Shown: piece after piece, positions 9,202-19,010 of the stretch
Numbering within the stretch: the stretch's first letter is position 1
How the letters are laid out: every line of letters starts with the position of its first letter
Source: an uncultured bacterium
GTDB taxonomy: Bacteria > Verrucomicrobiota > Verrucomicrobiia > Verrucomicrobiales > DEV007
Direction of reading: 5' to 3'
Length of the DNA stretch: 64,000 bases
Assembly: GCA_963977015.1 (NCBI GenBank)
Contig: CAXBMO010000005.1
Coordinates: forward strand, 32,001 to 96,000
Notes under the pieces: generated by a model
What the model saw: the letters and a program-made list of their open reading frames with translations, nothing else
Told to the model about the DNA's origin: nothing
The model's database searches: none
Made by a program: the position numbers and the translations under genes

Positions 9202-12200
9202 ATGACACGCGCGCTCCTACTTCTCCTTGCCGGCGGTTTCCTATTCTCTACCGGCTTTGCCCAACAGGGGTTGACCGAAATTCCGGATCCCGCGGTCGAG
9301 GTTCAGCAAGCAGGATTCAAGATTCCAGATGGGCTTGAGGTCAACGTTTTTGCCGCTGACCCAATGATTTCCAAGCCGGTTCAAATGAACTGGGATGCTC
9401 ACGGAAGACTCTGGTTGGTTAGCAGCCCAATGTATCCCCACATCGAGCCACTCCAGGAGGAATCGGATCAGGTCCTTGTTCTGGAAGATCTCGATTCGGA
9501 CGGCCGCGCCGACAAAGTGACGAGTTTCGCCAGCGGTCTTCACATCCCAACGGCGGTGATTCCGGGCGATGGCGGCGCTTACGTCGCAAACTCGACGGAG
9601 ATCCTCTTCCTGAAAGACACCGACGGCGATTTGGTCGCCGACGAACGGGAAGTGATGCTGAGCGGGTTTGGGACGGAAGACACGCATCACCTCATTCACA
9701 CCTTCCGGCATGGCCCGGACGGGATGCTCTACTTTGCTCAATCCATCTACATTCACAGCCACATCGAAACTCCCTACGGCGTACGGCGGTTGATGGGTGG
9801 CGGAGTCTGGCATTTCCGCCCAGAGACGAAACGACTTGAGATTTTGTCCAAGGGACTCGTTAACCCTTGGGGCTATGGATTTGATCAATGGGGCCAATCC
9901 TTCGCGACCGACGGAGCTGGCCGGGAAGGCATCAACTACATCTTTCCGCGGTCGGTCTTTGTTACCTCGCCCGGCGCAAAACGTACCGTTTCCGGCCTCA
10001 ATCCCGGCCAACCCAAGCACTGCGGCCTCGAATTCCTGAGCGGACGCCATGTTCCCGAGGAACTCCGCGGTCAGGTGCTCGCCCCCGATTTTCGGGGCCA
10101 TCGAATCAATCGATTCAAGCTCGAGCCGAAGGACAGTTCCTACAAATCAATCCAACAGGAAGATCTCCTCGCTTCCGTTCACCGGGCGTTTCGCCCCATC
10201 GACGTCAAGATGGGCCCGGACGGTGCGGTCTACATCGCGGATTGGTACAACCCGATCATCCAACATGGAGAAGTCGATTTCCGCGACCCCAGACGCGACC
10301 ATGTCCACGGTCGAATCTGGCGGGTGACCTTCAAAGATCGCCCGCTGGTGGAGAAGCCTGACATTCCCGGTGCCAGCATCGAAGAATTGCTGGAAATGTT
10401 GAGCGCTCCGGAAGACTGGACCCGCCACTTTGCCAAACGCGAGTTGCGTCACCGGGGAGCCGAAAAAGTGCTGCCCAAACTCGACGCATGGTCGGCAACA
10501 CTCGAAAGCGATGCGTTGAAGCAGGAAGCTCTCTGGACCTACCAATCCCTCGACCGCCTCAACCCGACGCTCCTCGATGCCCTGCTCAAGAGCGATGACC
10601 CGCGGTATCGCGCCGCTGCGCTTCGGGTCGTGTATCATCGCCATCAAGAGGTCGAAAAGGCCGATGAGATCCTTCAAACGGCGATTCGGGACGAGAACGC
10701 CCAGGTCCGGCTCTGGGCGATCAGTTGCCTGGCCCAAGTGGGAGGCGTTCACTCGGTCGATCTCGCCCTCCAGGCCCTTGATCATCCCATGGATGAGATG
10801 CTGGATTTCGCCCTTTGGTCACTGGTTCGGGAAAAGGAAAGCGAATGGCTTCCTTCGTTTACCCAGGGAGAACTCCAATTCGACGGACGGATCCACCATT
10901 TACTCTTTGCGGCAAGAGCCCTCGGGAAACCAATCGGAATCGAGGCGATCTTCTCGGCTCTTGAGAGCGGCAACTTGAGTGAATCGCAAGCCGATGACGC
11001 AACCCGCTATCTTTCCCGGGTGGGATCGGCTCAGGATTTGGCCCGTCTCTTTGCCATTGCATCGAAACCTGGAGGAAGACTAGTGGTGACGCTCGATACG
11101 TTGATCGAGGCAAAACGGCTTCGCAAACTCCAGCCGAGCGGCAATCTGAGTTCCATTGCAGGACTGGTGAAGTCCGAAAATCCGGAGGTGGTTCAGCGTG
11201 CCGCGCTTCTCGCCGGAATGTGGAACGTCACCGAAGCGCGCGCCGAGTTGGAGGAAGTCTTTGTCTACGAAAGTTCGAGCGAAGCCCTGCGGTTGGCCGC
11301 GGCGGAAGGCCTCCGTTACCTGGGCGGCAAGGAGACGCTGGCGCTTTTCGAATCCGTTGCGAGAACGTCCGAATCGTCATCAGCACGGATGATCGCCGTG
11401 AATGAACTCGCGAGGATGAACCCGAAACTCGCCGCACAATGCGCCATTTCCGTCCTCGCAAAGGCGGAGAATACCCAGCAATCGGCATCCATCTTCGACA
11501 CCTTTATTCGCAACCCTATCGCGACCGATGCACTTTCGCTGGCGCTCGTCAACCAGACCCTGCCGGAGGATGTCGCCGTTTCCGGCCTGCAACGCGCGCA
11601 AACCTCCGGAAAGAACCTTCGGCCGCTTCTGAACTCGATTCGCAAGGCTGGTGGACTGAAAAAGATGAAGACCCAGCTGACCCCTGAGGAGATGAGCGCG
11701 ATGGTGCAACGGGTTCAACAAGCCGGTAACCCTCATCGGGGTGAGCAGATTTATCGACGCATGGAACTGCAGTGCACGGTGTGCCACGCCATCGGCGGAG
11801 TCGGAGGCGTGATCGGTCCGGATCTGGTCAGCATCGGCTCGAGTGCCCCGATCGACTACCTCGTGAATTCCCTGCTTCTCCCCAACGACAAGATCAAAGA
11901 GGGATATCACATGACGCTTGTCGTGACCAAATCCGGAGACAGCGTTGCCGGCGGATTGATCAGCGAGGACGACCGCGAAGTCGTCTTGCGGGATAACCTG
12001 GGTAATCTGAAGAAGGTCGCGAAAAACGAGGTTGCCAGCAAAACGATTAGCCCGGTTTCGATGATGCCGGCTGGGCTCACCGCCAACCTTCGGGAGGACG
12101 AGTTCGTTGATCTGGTCAGGTTTCTCTCCGAGCTCGGCAAGGAAGGTGACTTCAAGGTTTCCCCTCAGCCAATCATTCGCCATTGGAGCGCTCTCCTCCC

Positions 12201-13743
12201 CCATCGTCGAACCCGGGACGACATCGGTCACTACGGTGAGGAGATTTTCGCCGAAAACTACGAAGGTTATCAATGGATGCCCGTTGGAAGCATGGTGGAT
12301 GGCAGCCTCCCCTTGAACGAGCTTCCGAAAGTCGTGGGCCGGGGAAAAAATCGCTGGGGAGTGGTTCGGTTTGATGTCGCAGGCGAAGTCGGCAAGGAAG
12401 TCGTCCTGAAGATCAACGAGACGAATCTGATGCACCTCTTCGTGGGGGAAGAACGCATTTCCATCCCGGAAAAAGGTCCGGCTTCCGTGGCCGTCAAAAT
12501 TCCGGGGGACGGCAAGCAATTCACGATCGCGGCAAACTCCGCCTATCGATCAACTCCCGTTCGCGTTGTCGTTGCCGACAAGAAGCCGGACCCTGTCAAA
12601 AAAGCCAAGAGATCGCCAGCGCCAGCGACTCCTGATTCGCTCAAGTTCAGGGTGCAGCAACTGCACAAAGACAACATTGAAGGAATCGCGGTTGGCGACA
12701 TCGATCAGGATGGCGATCTGGACATCGTTGCCGGCGAACATTGGTACACCAACCCGGATTGGAAACAGCGCAAGATCCGGAAAGTGCTGCCGTTCGGGGC
12801 AGACTACATGCAGGACAACGGGGACCACCTTTGGGACGTGAACGGCGACGGTTGGCTCGATCTCGTCAGCGGGCAGTTCACGGAAACCAAGGTTCACTGG
12901 TTCGAGAACCCCAAAGGCGAAGCGCTGCTTTCTGCGGAAGAACCCTGGCCAGCCCATCTGTTGGTCGATACTCAGACCACTCGCAACGAAGCGACGTTGA
13001 TGCACGACATCGATGGGGACGGCACGCCTGAGTGGTTTGAAAACAGCTGGGGAGACGACAATCCCATGCTGATTTGGAAATTGACGAAAACCGAGGACGG
13101 AACGCCAACCATGAAAAAAATCACGGTGGGTGAGAGCGGCAATGGCCACGGTCAGGGAATCGGCGACGTCAACGGCGACGGGCTTGAGGACATTGTCTTC
13201 AAACAGGGTTGGTATGAGCAACCCGCTGAAAATCCCTGGGGCCAGCCTTGGAAGTGGCGGAAGGATATGGCGCTCCCTCATGCCAGCGTTCCCATTCTGA
13301 TCCTCGACGTGAACGGAGACGGAAGAAATGATCTCATTTGGGGAGACGGGCACAACTACGGTCTGTATTGGGAAGAACAGCTCCTTCCAAAGGAAGATGG
13401 AACCACGGTTTGGGAACAACACCTCATCGACAAAGCGTTCTCTCAAGCTCATACCATGGCCTGGGAAGACATTGATAATGATGGCCAATCCGAACTCATT
13501 ACCGGAAAGCGTTATTATGCCCACAGCGGCAAGGACGCGGGCTCGGAAGACGAGATTGTCATCAATTATTACAAGTGGAATCCCGACACCTCCTCATTCG
13601 TCAAGTTTGAGGCCCATCGCGGCCAGGCGGGAGTCGGATTGCAGATTCGCGTTGCCGATCTCGATGCCGATGGCTGGAAGGAAATCATCGTTCCCGGAAA
13701 ATCCGGCACTCATATTCTCTGGAACGAGGGATTGGCCAAGTAA
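9202..13743 (+). CDS. PVC-type heme-binding CxxCH protein (dehydrogenase-like propeller + HEAT + cytochrome c) with C-terminal FG-GAP/VCBS repeats
   Basis: KPVQMNWD.GRLW, GPDGAVYIADWYN, HEAT-like helices, CTVCH..GG.IGPDL, SMMP, then repeated D(V/I)(N/D)GDG motifs. Confidence 0.9.
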   Translation: MTRALLLLLAGGFLFSTGFAQQGLTEIPDPAVEVQQAGFKIPDGLEVNVFAADPMISKPVQMNWDAHGRLWLVSSPMYPHIEPLQEESDQVLVLEDLDSDGRADKVTSFASGLHIPTAVIPGDGGAYVANSTEILFLKDTDGDLVADEREVMLSGFGTEDTHHLIHTFRHGPDGMLYFAQSIYIHSHIETPYGVRRLMGGGVWHFRPETKRLEILSKGLVNPWGYGFDQWGQSFATDGAGREGINYIFPRSVFVTSPGAKRTVSGLNPGQPKHCGLEFLSGRHVPEELRGQVLAPDFRGHRINRFKLEPKDSSYKSIQQEDLLASVHRAFRPIDVKMGPDGAVYIADWYNPIIQHGEVDFRDPRRDHVHGRIWRVTFKDRPLVEKPDIPGASIEELLEMLSAPEDWTRHFAKRELRHRGAEKVLPKLDAWSATLESDALKQEALWTYQSLDRLNPTLLDALLKSDDPRYRAAALRVVYHRHQEVEKADEILQTAIRDENAQVRLWAISCLAQVGGVHSVDLALQALDHPMDEMLDFALWSLVREKESEWLPSFTQGELQFDGRIHHLLFAARALGKPIGIEAIFSALESGNLSESQADDATRYLSRVGSAQDLARLFAIASKPGGRLVVTLDTLIEAKRLRKLQPSGNLSSIAGLVKSENPEVVQRAALLAGMWNVTEARAELEEVFVYESSSEALRLAAAEGLRYLGGKETLALFESVARTSESSSARMIAVNELARMNPKLAAQCAISVLAKAENTQQSASIFDTFIRNPIATDALSLALVNQTLPEDVAVSGLQRAQTSGKNLRPLLNSIRKAGGLKKMKTQLTPEEMSAMVQRVQQAGNPHRGEQIYRRMELQCTVCHAIGGVGGVIGPDLVSIGSSAPIDYLVNSLLLPNDKIKEGYHMTLVVTKSGDSVAGGLISEDDREVVLRDNLGNLKKVAKNEVASKTISPVSMMPAGLTANLREDEFVDLVRFLSELGKEGDFKVSPQPIIRHWSALLPHRRTRDDIGHYGEEIFAENYEGYQWMPVGSMVDGSLPLNELPKVVGRGKNRWGVVRFDVAGEVGKEVVLKINETNLMHLFVGEERISIPEKGPASVAVKIPGDGKQFTIAANSAYRSTPVRVVVADKKPDPVKKAKRSPAPATPDSLKFRVQQLHKDNIEGIAVGDIDQDGDLDIVAGEHWYTNPDWKQRKIRKVLPFGADYMQDNGDHLWDVNGDGWLDLVSGQFTETKVHWFENPKGEALLSAEEPWPAHLLVDTQTTRNEATLMHDIDGDGTPEWFENSWGDDNPMLIWKLTKTEDGTPTMKKITVGESGNGHGQGIGDVNGDGLEDIVFKQGWYEQPAENPWGQPWKWRKDMALPHASVPILILDVNGDGRNDLIWGDGHNYGLYWEEQLLPKEDGTTVWEQHLIDKAFSQAHTMAWEDIDNDGQSELITGKRYYAHSGKDAGSEDEIVINYYKWNPDTSSFVKFEAHRGQAGVGLQIRVADLDADGWKEIIVPGKSGTHILWNEGLAK

Positions 13744-13903
13744 GGCTCGCAGACGACCGGAATCCCCCGGTCTCCGATTGTCTCACCCTCAAGCGCATTT
13801 GGGGCGAATGGACAGCGTTCCCGCTCCGTGCGAGAGTCTCCAGATGTAGCGGATCTTGCGAAATCGCAAAATGCTCCTACTTTCCGCCCCGCACCAATCA
13901 CCC

Positions 13904-15706
13904 ATGTCTATCGAACTCACCCGCAATTTCTCGATCATCGCCCATATCGACCATGGGAAGACGACGCTTTCCGATCGGTTGCTGGAGAAGACGCAGACGA
14001 TCACCCAACGACAAGCTCAGGATCAACTCCTGGATTCCATGGATTTGGAGCGGGAACGCGGGATCACGATCAAGTCGCACCCGGTAACGATGCATTACCC
14101 GTCAAAAAACGGGAAGACCTACAAATTGAACCTGTTGGATACGCCGGGACACGTGGATTTCTCCTATGAGGTGAGTCGAAGCTTGGCCGCGTGCGAAGGC
14201 GCCCTGCTCCTGATTGATGCGGCGCAAGGTGTTGAGGCTCAGACCATGGCGAATGTGAGCCTGGCACATCAACAGAATTTGACCGTGATTCCGGTGATCA
14301 ATAAGATCGATTTGCCGAGCGCGGACATCCCGAAAATCAATCAGCAGCTTGAGGATATTCTCCAGATTCCAGCGGAGGAGGCGATTCATGCGAGCGCGAA
14401 AATGGGAATCGGGATTGAGGACATTTTGGAGGCGGTGGTGGAACGGATTCCCGCGCCAGAGCAACCGGAGGATGATGTCCTGCGGGCCAGTGTGTTTGAC
14501 AGCGTTTATGATGGGTTTCGCGGCGTGATCAGTTATGTGCGGATTTTTTCCGGTTCGATGAAGCGGGGGAACGGGATCGTGATGATGAGCACGGAGAAGA
14601 AGTATGAGACGAAGGAGGTGGGGGTTTTCACGCCGAAAATGACGAAGCTGGACGAACTGGTGGCGGGCGATGTGGGCTACATCATCGCGAACATGAAGTC
14701 ACCCAGCGAAGTGAAGATTGGCGACACCATCACCGATTCCCAGAAGCCGGCCAGTAAGCCACTTCCGGGATTCAAAGAGATTCAGCCAATGGTGTTTAGC
14801 GGAATTTATCCCGTTAGTACTGATGATTTTGAGCAGATGAAGGGAGCAATGGGCAAGCTGCAGATCAATGACGCGGCGTTCACGTTCATGAGCGAAAGTT
14901 CGGCAGCCCTGGGATTCGGTTTTCGCTGCGGATTTCTCGGCTTGCTCCACATGGAGATCATTCAGGAGCGGTTGCGCCGCGAGTTCAACATGGATGTCAT
15001 CTCGACCTACCCGGGCGTGGTCTATGAGATCACAAAGACCGATGGCAGCGAGATTACGGTGGATAATCCCAGTTTCATGCCGGACCCGGCCGAGATTGAG
15101 GAAATTCGCGAACCCCTGGTGAAGGCCTTCATCATGGTGCCGAATGATTACATCGGGGAAGTCATGCAACTGGTGGCGGAAAAACGCGGCTGGATCGATC
15201 ACACGGAGAGCTTGGACGGAACCCGCGTGATGCTGACCTGCATGCTGCCGCTGAACGAGATTTTGGTCGACTTCAATGACAAACTGAAGAGTTCGACGCG
15301 AGGATACGGCTCGATGGACTACGAGCACGCCGGCTATGCACCGTCCAATCTGGTGAAGATGGATGTGTTGATCAATGCCGAGCCGGTGGATGCGTTTTCG
15401 ACCATCGTCCACCGCGACAAGGCGGAATTTCGCGGTCGCGACCTCTGCAAGCGATTGAAGGAAGTCATCCCGCGTCAATTGTTCCTCGTTCCGATTCAAG
15501 CGGCGATCGGTGGAAAGATCATTGCCCGGGAAAGTATCAAGGCGCTCCGGAAAAACGTCACGGCAAAGTGCTACGGCGGCGACATCTCGAGAAAGCGTAA
15601 GCTGTTGGAGAAGCAGAAGGAAGGAAAGAAGAAGATGAAGGCGATCGGGAAAGTCAATATTCCGCAAGAGGCGTTCATCCAGGTTCTGAAGAGTTCGACC
15701 GAGTGA
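13904..15706 (+). CDS. lepA: Translation elongation factor 4
   Basis: RNFSIIAHIDHGKTT, DTPGHVDF, NKID, GFRCGFLGLLH, AKCYGGDISRKRKL. Confidence 0.98.
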   Translation: MSIELTRNFSIIAHIDHGKTTLSDRLLEKTQTITQRQAQDQLLDSMDLERERGITIKSHPVTMHYPSKNGKTYKLNLLDTPGHVDFSYEVSRSLAACEGALLLIDAAQGVEAQTMANVSLAHQQNLTVIPVINKIDLPSADIPKINQQLEDILQIPAEEAIHASAKMGIGIEDILEAVVERIPAPEQPEDDVLRASVFDSVYDGFRGVISYVRIFSGSMKRGNGIVMMSTEKKYETKEVGVFTPKMTKLDELVAGDVGYIIANMKSPSEVKIGDTITDSQKPASKPLPGFKEIQPMVFSGIYPVSTDDFEQMKGAMGKLQINDAAFTFMSESSAALGFGFRCGFLGLLHMEIIQERLRREFNMDVISTYPGVVYEITKTDGSEITVDNPSFMPDPAEIEEIREPLVKAFIMVPNDYIGEVMQLVAEKRGWIDHTESLDGTRVMLTCMLPLNEILVDFNDKLKSSTRGYGSMDYEHAGYAPSNLVKMDVLINAEPVDAFSTIVHRDKAEFRGRDLCKRLKEVIPRQLFLVPIQAAIGGKIIARESIKALRKNVTAKCYGGDISRKRKLLEKQKEGKKKMKAIGKVNIPQEAFIQVLKSSTE

Positions 15707-15812
15707 GAATCGGGCAAATGCGTCGTTGCAGATCGGGTGCGAATCGCTAGGTTCGGCGGCCATGGTCCCGACCACTTGGCTTGAATCCCTACCCCGGCCA
15801 ATCCGTCATTTG

Positions 15813-16940
15813 ATGGATTCCATGCTGAAACCCAAATACGTGAAGGAAGGCGAACTCCTGCTCAAGGGAGTGAAGCGGTTCGTCAATTATCGTCGCGATT
15901 TGCTGGAAAAGAGCTCGCCCGAGACGCTGGAGAAAATTGAGAGCCTGCGAGGCGACTTTGCCGCAGCCCTGAAAGCGCGGGATCGCGACAAAACCAAGGT
16001 CCTGGCCGAAGAGTTGACCGAAATTTGCGAAGGCGCGGGTTCTGATTATCGAAACTCCGCAATCGCTGAGAACATCGAGGTGATCTTTGTGGCCATCGCA
16101 ATCGCGCTCGGGATCCGCGCTTACATCGCCCAACCGTTCAAGATTCCCACAGGTTCGATGCAACCAACCCTGAACGGGATTGTCTCGCACCCAACCGAAA
16201 CACCGCCACCCAACGTGATTGTGCGGGTGATCGATTTTCTGCGATTGGGCAGGGCCTGGGAAAACGAGATTGCGAAAGAGGATGAGACGATTTCCGCTTT
16301 CAAGGAATACACAAAGGCCAAATTCTTCACGTGGACGGATGTGATCATGGAAAGCGGGCGCGTTTACACGGTGTTCGCCCCCAAGAAAAACGTGGAAGTC
16401 AGCTACGGGCAAAATCCTGACGGCACGTTTGGACTGTATCGCGGCAAATTCATTGCCAAGGGGGATCCGATCGCGCGGGGGCACATCGATACGGGCGATC
16501 AGGTAATCGTCGACAAAATGTCGTACCACTTTTTGGGGCCGCGCCGGGGCGAAGTCTTCGTGTTCACGACCAAGAATATTCGCATGATCAGCGTCGATCC
16601 TAACATGGGAAGTATCCACTACATCAAGCGGCTTGCGGGCGTTCCCGGCGATCACCTTCTGGTGAATGAGCCAGACCTTTTTGTGAATGGTGAACTGGCG
16701 AAAGAACGAGGATTCAAAAAAGTGATGAGCCGGGAGAACGGATATCGCGGTTATCAGAATGATCGCAGTGGCGACCCATGGGATCGCAACGTGCCGGAAG
16801 ATCGTTACGTCGCGCTGGGCGACAACAGTTTTAACAGCTACGACAGTCGGGGATGGGGGTTTGTCCCGGAGGAAAATTTGGTGGGTCGCGCGTTTGTGGT
16901 TTACTGGCCGTTCAATAGCCATTGGGGACTGATTCGCTAA
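15813..16940 (+). CDS. lepB: Signal peptidase I
   Basis: PFKIPTGSMQPTL (catalytic Ser), YIKRL (catalytic Lys), GDNSFNSYDSR. Follows lepA. Start is 15813 or 15822. Confidence 0.95.
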   Translation: MDSMLKPKYVKEGELLLKGVKRFVNYRRDLLEKSSPETLEKIESLRGDFAAALKARDRDKTKVLAEELTEICEGAGSDYRNSAIAENIEVIFVAIAIALGIRAYIAQPFKIPTGSMQPTLNGIVSHPTETPPPNVIVRVIDFLRLGRAWENEIAKEDETISAFKEYTKAKFFTWTDVIMESGRVYTVFAPKKNVEVSYGQNPDGTFGLYRGKFIAKGDPIARGHIDTGDQVIVDKMSYHFLGPRRGEVFVFTTKNIRMISVDPNMGSIHYIKRLAGVPGDHLLVNEPDLFVNGELAKERGFKKVMSRENGYRGYQNDRSGDPWDRNVPEDRYVALGDNSFNSYDSRGWGFVPEENLVGRAFVVYWPFNSHWGLIR

Positions 16941-17028
16941 AATGTCAGGGTTTGAACGCAGGCGCGTGTCTTAACACTTGCGCCCTGACATTCCTTCAAC
17001 CACTTGTGCTGTGACTTTCGTCGCAAGC

Positions 17029-18099
17029 ATGAGAACTCCCCTCACAATTTTGCTTCTTCTGGTGAGCTTGACCTGCGCAGGCTGGGCCAAAACGTTCATT
17101 TACACGTCGTTGAGTGGCGACAATGCAATTGCCGTTCACCAACTGGACCCGAAGACCGGTGAACTGAGCTACATTGGCAAGGCCCAGGCCGACAGTAAAC
17201 CTGGAGCTTTGACGACCAGTTCCGACCACAAGTTTCTCTATGCCAGCTTGCGCGGATCCTCTGCGGTTGGCGTCTACGCAATCGACCCGGAATCGGGGGA
17301 ACTTTCCCATCAGCAAACCACCCCGCTTCCAGGGAATGCGTCGTACCTGTTTGTCGACCAAACCGGCCACTTCCTGCTCAGCGCCTACTATGCGGATGGC
17401 AGAATAGCCGTCAACAGAATCAGCGAAGATGGCAATGTGAAGGGCGACGACTTTCAGGTCATCGACAACGGGTTGAAGGCGCACTCGATTCGGGCCGACG
17501 CGAGCAACCGGTTTGTGTTTTGCCCCCACACCGGAGAGGTCAACAAGATCGACCAGTATTTATTCAACCCGGAAACGGGACGCCTTTCGCCCAACGACCC
17601 GCCAGTTGTTGCCCAACCCGCTGAGAATATCGGACCACGCCACTTTCAATTCCACCCCGATGGCGAGTGGGTTTACTTCGTGAACGAGCAAGGCGCCAGC
17701 GTGACGGGCTACGAGCTGAACAAGAAAAAGGGAACCCTTACTCCGTTGGAAACCGTTTCAACGCTTCCCAAAGACTTTGAAGGCAAGAATTCCTGCGCGG
17801 ATATCGAAATTCATCCGAGTGGCAAGTTTCTCTATGCCTCCAATCGTGGCCACGACAGCATCGCGTGTTTCGCCATCGATCCGGAGGGAGGTTCGTTGAT
17901 TCCCCTGGGTCAAGCCCCCACGGAGGCAACTCCTCGCAGCTTTGATTTGGATCCCAATGGACAATACCTGATCGCTGCAGGTCAGAAATCTGGAACCCAA
18001 GCCATTTATCGGATCGATCAAGAAACCGGCAAATTGACCAAACTCGCCGTCATGGAAATCGGAAACGGGCCTTCATGGGTTGAAGCCGTGAAATTTTGA
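17029..18099 (+). CDS. Secreted lactonase family (6-phosphogluconolactonase-like) beta-propeller
   Basis: AHSI, GPRHF.FHP, FVNE, ADIEIHPSGKFLYASNRGHDSI, TPRSF. Signal peptide. Confidence 0.9.
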   Translation: MRTPLTILLLLVSLTCAGWAKTFIYTSLSGDNAIAVHQLDPKTGELSYIGKAQADSKPGALTTSSDHKFLYASLRGSSAVGVYAIDPESGELSHQQTTPLPGNASYLFVDQTGHFLLSAYYADGRIAVNRISEDGNVKGDDFQVIDNGLKAHSIRADASNRFVFCPHTGEVNKIDQYLFNPETGRLSPNDPPVVAQPAENIGPRHFQFHPDGEWVYFVNEQGASVTGYELNKKKGTLTPLETVSTLPKDFEGKNSCADIEIHPSGKFLYASNRGHDSIACFAIDPEGGSLIPLGQAPTEATPRSFDLDPNGQYLIAAGQKSGTQAIYRIDQETGKLTKLAVMEIGNGPSWVEAVKF

Positions 18100-18119
18100 G
18101 CTTCGCTTCTCCTCTCCGA

Positions 18120-18743
18120 TCAGCGCGCAAGTGCGACTTTTACGCCCCCATCAAGACAGCTCTTGAGTTTGTGAAGCATATTTGGAAGGTCTTTCCTGAT
18201 GTTTTGGCGAACCAGCGATGGAGGGACAATGCCGCCGGGATCGACGTAAATTTGGTAGAGCACCACGGTTCCGCTCCCCAAACCTAGATCATTTGCGTCG
18301 ATGAGTTGCCAGTATCCTTCAAATTCGCGCAAATCGCCTTCAATCATCGTAAAATGGATATTTCGCTGGCGCGAGTAGTTCGCCTGATAGGTGTATCGAA
18401 CCGCCATTGGCAAAAACGACATTTTCACCTCGTGCGAAATGATCTGCATCTTGTTGGTGCGCTTGACCGATACTGACTTCCGCACATTGCGCAGATACCG
18501 GGGCATGGACTTCGCATTGGTGATGAGCTTCCAGACGTCCGCCGATGCGGCGTCGACGTGAATCGCTCCAGCCAAATGTCCTCCGCGACTCCGGGTTGCA
18601 GGATCAAACGTGACGACCTGCCCCTTCAAGAGTTCCTCAATCGCAGTTTTAGTCCAGGTAGGCTTTATTTTTGCTGATGAAGCCATCGCTGGTGTTGAAA
18701 AACCGACGAATGACAAAAAGAGAAAGAGGGCGACGCGGACCAT
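18120..18743 (-). CDS. Secreted SRPBCC/polyketide-cyclase (START-like) family protein
   Basis: I.VDA...VW.LIT...MP.Y, F.MIEGDLREFEGYW, VDPG..VP. Signal peptide from MVRVAL. Confidence 0.75.
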   Translation of the reverse strand: MVRVALFLFLSFVGFSTPAMASSAKIKPTWTKTAIEELLKGQVVTFDPATRSRGGHLAGAIHVDAASADVWKLITNAKSMPRYLRNVRKSVSVKRTNKMQIISHEVKMSFLPMAVRYTYQANYSRQRNIHFTMIEGDLREFEGYWQLIDANDLGLGSGTVVLYQIYVDPGGIVPPSLVRQNIRKDLPNMLHKLKSCLDGGVKVALAR

Positions 18744-19010
18744 TGTATTTTTGATTGGAGGTTTTGGAGAACCAAGCGCTGACGCAAGATTCGCCACAAA
18801 CTTCCTTGTAATATTTACGATAATTTTAAATTTTGCGAATAGTTTTTGAAAAAGCTCAACCAAGCTGGCCTAATCAATTAAGATCCACGTAATTTAAATT
18901 ACCTTAAATATTTAGGGAATGGAATCTTTATTTTTGGAGTCCGCGCTCCATTGAGGATGCCCCAATTCGCCAACCAACAGATGGCGTTCCTGAACCCCGC
19001 CTTTGCTCCG

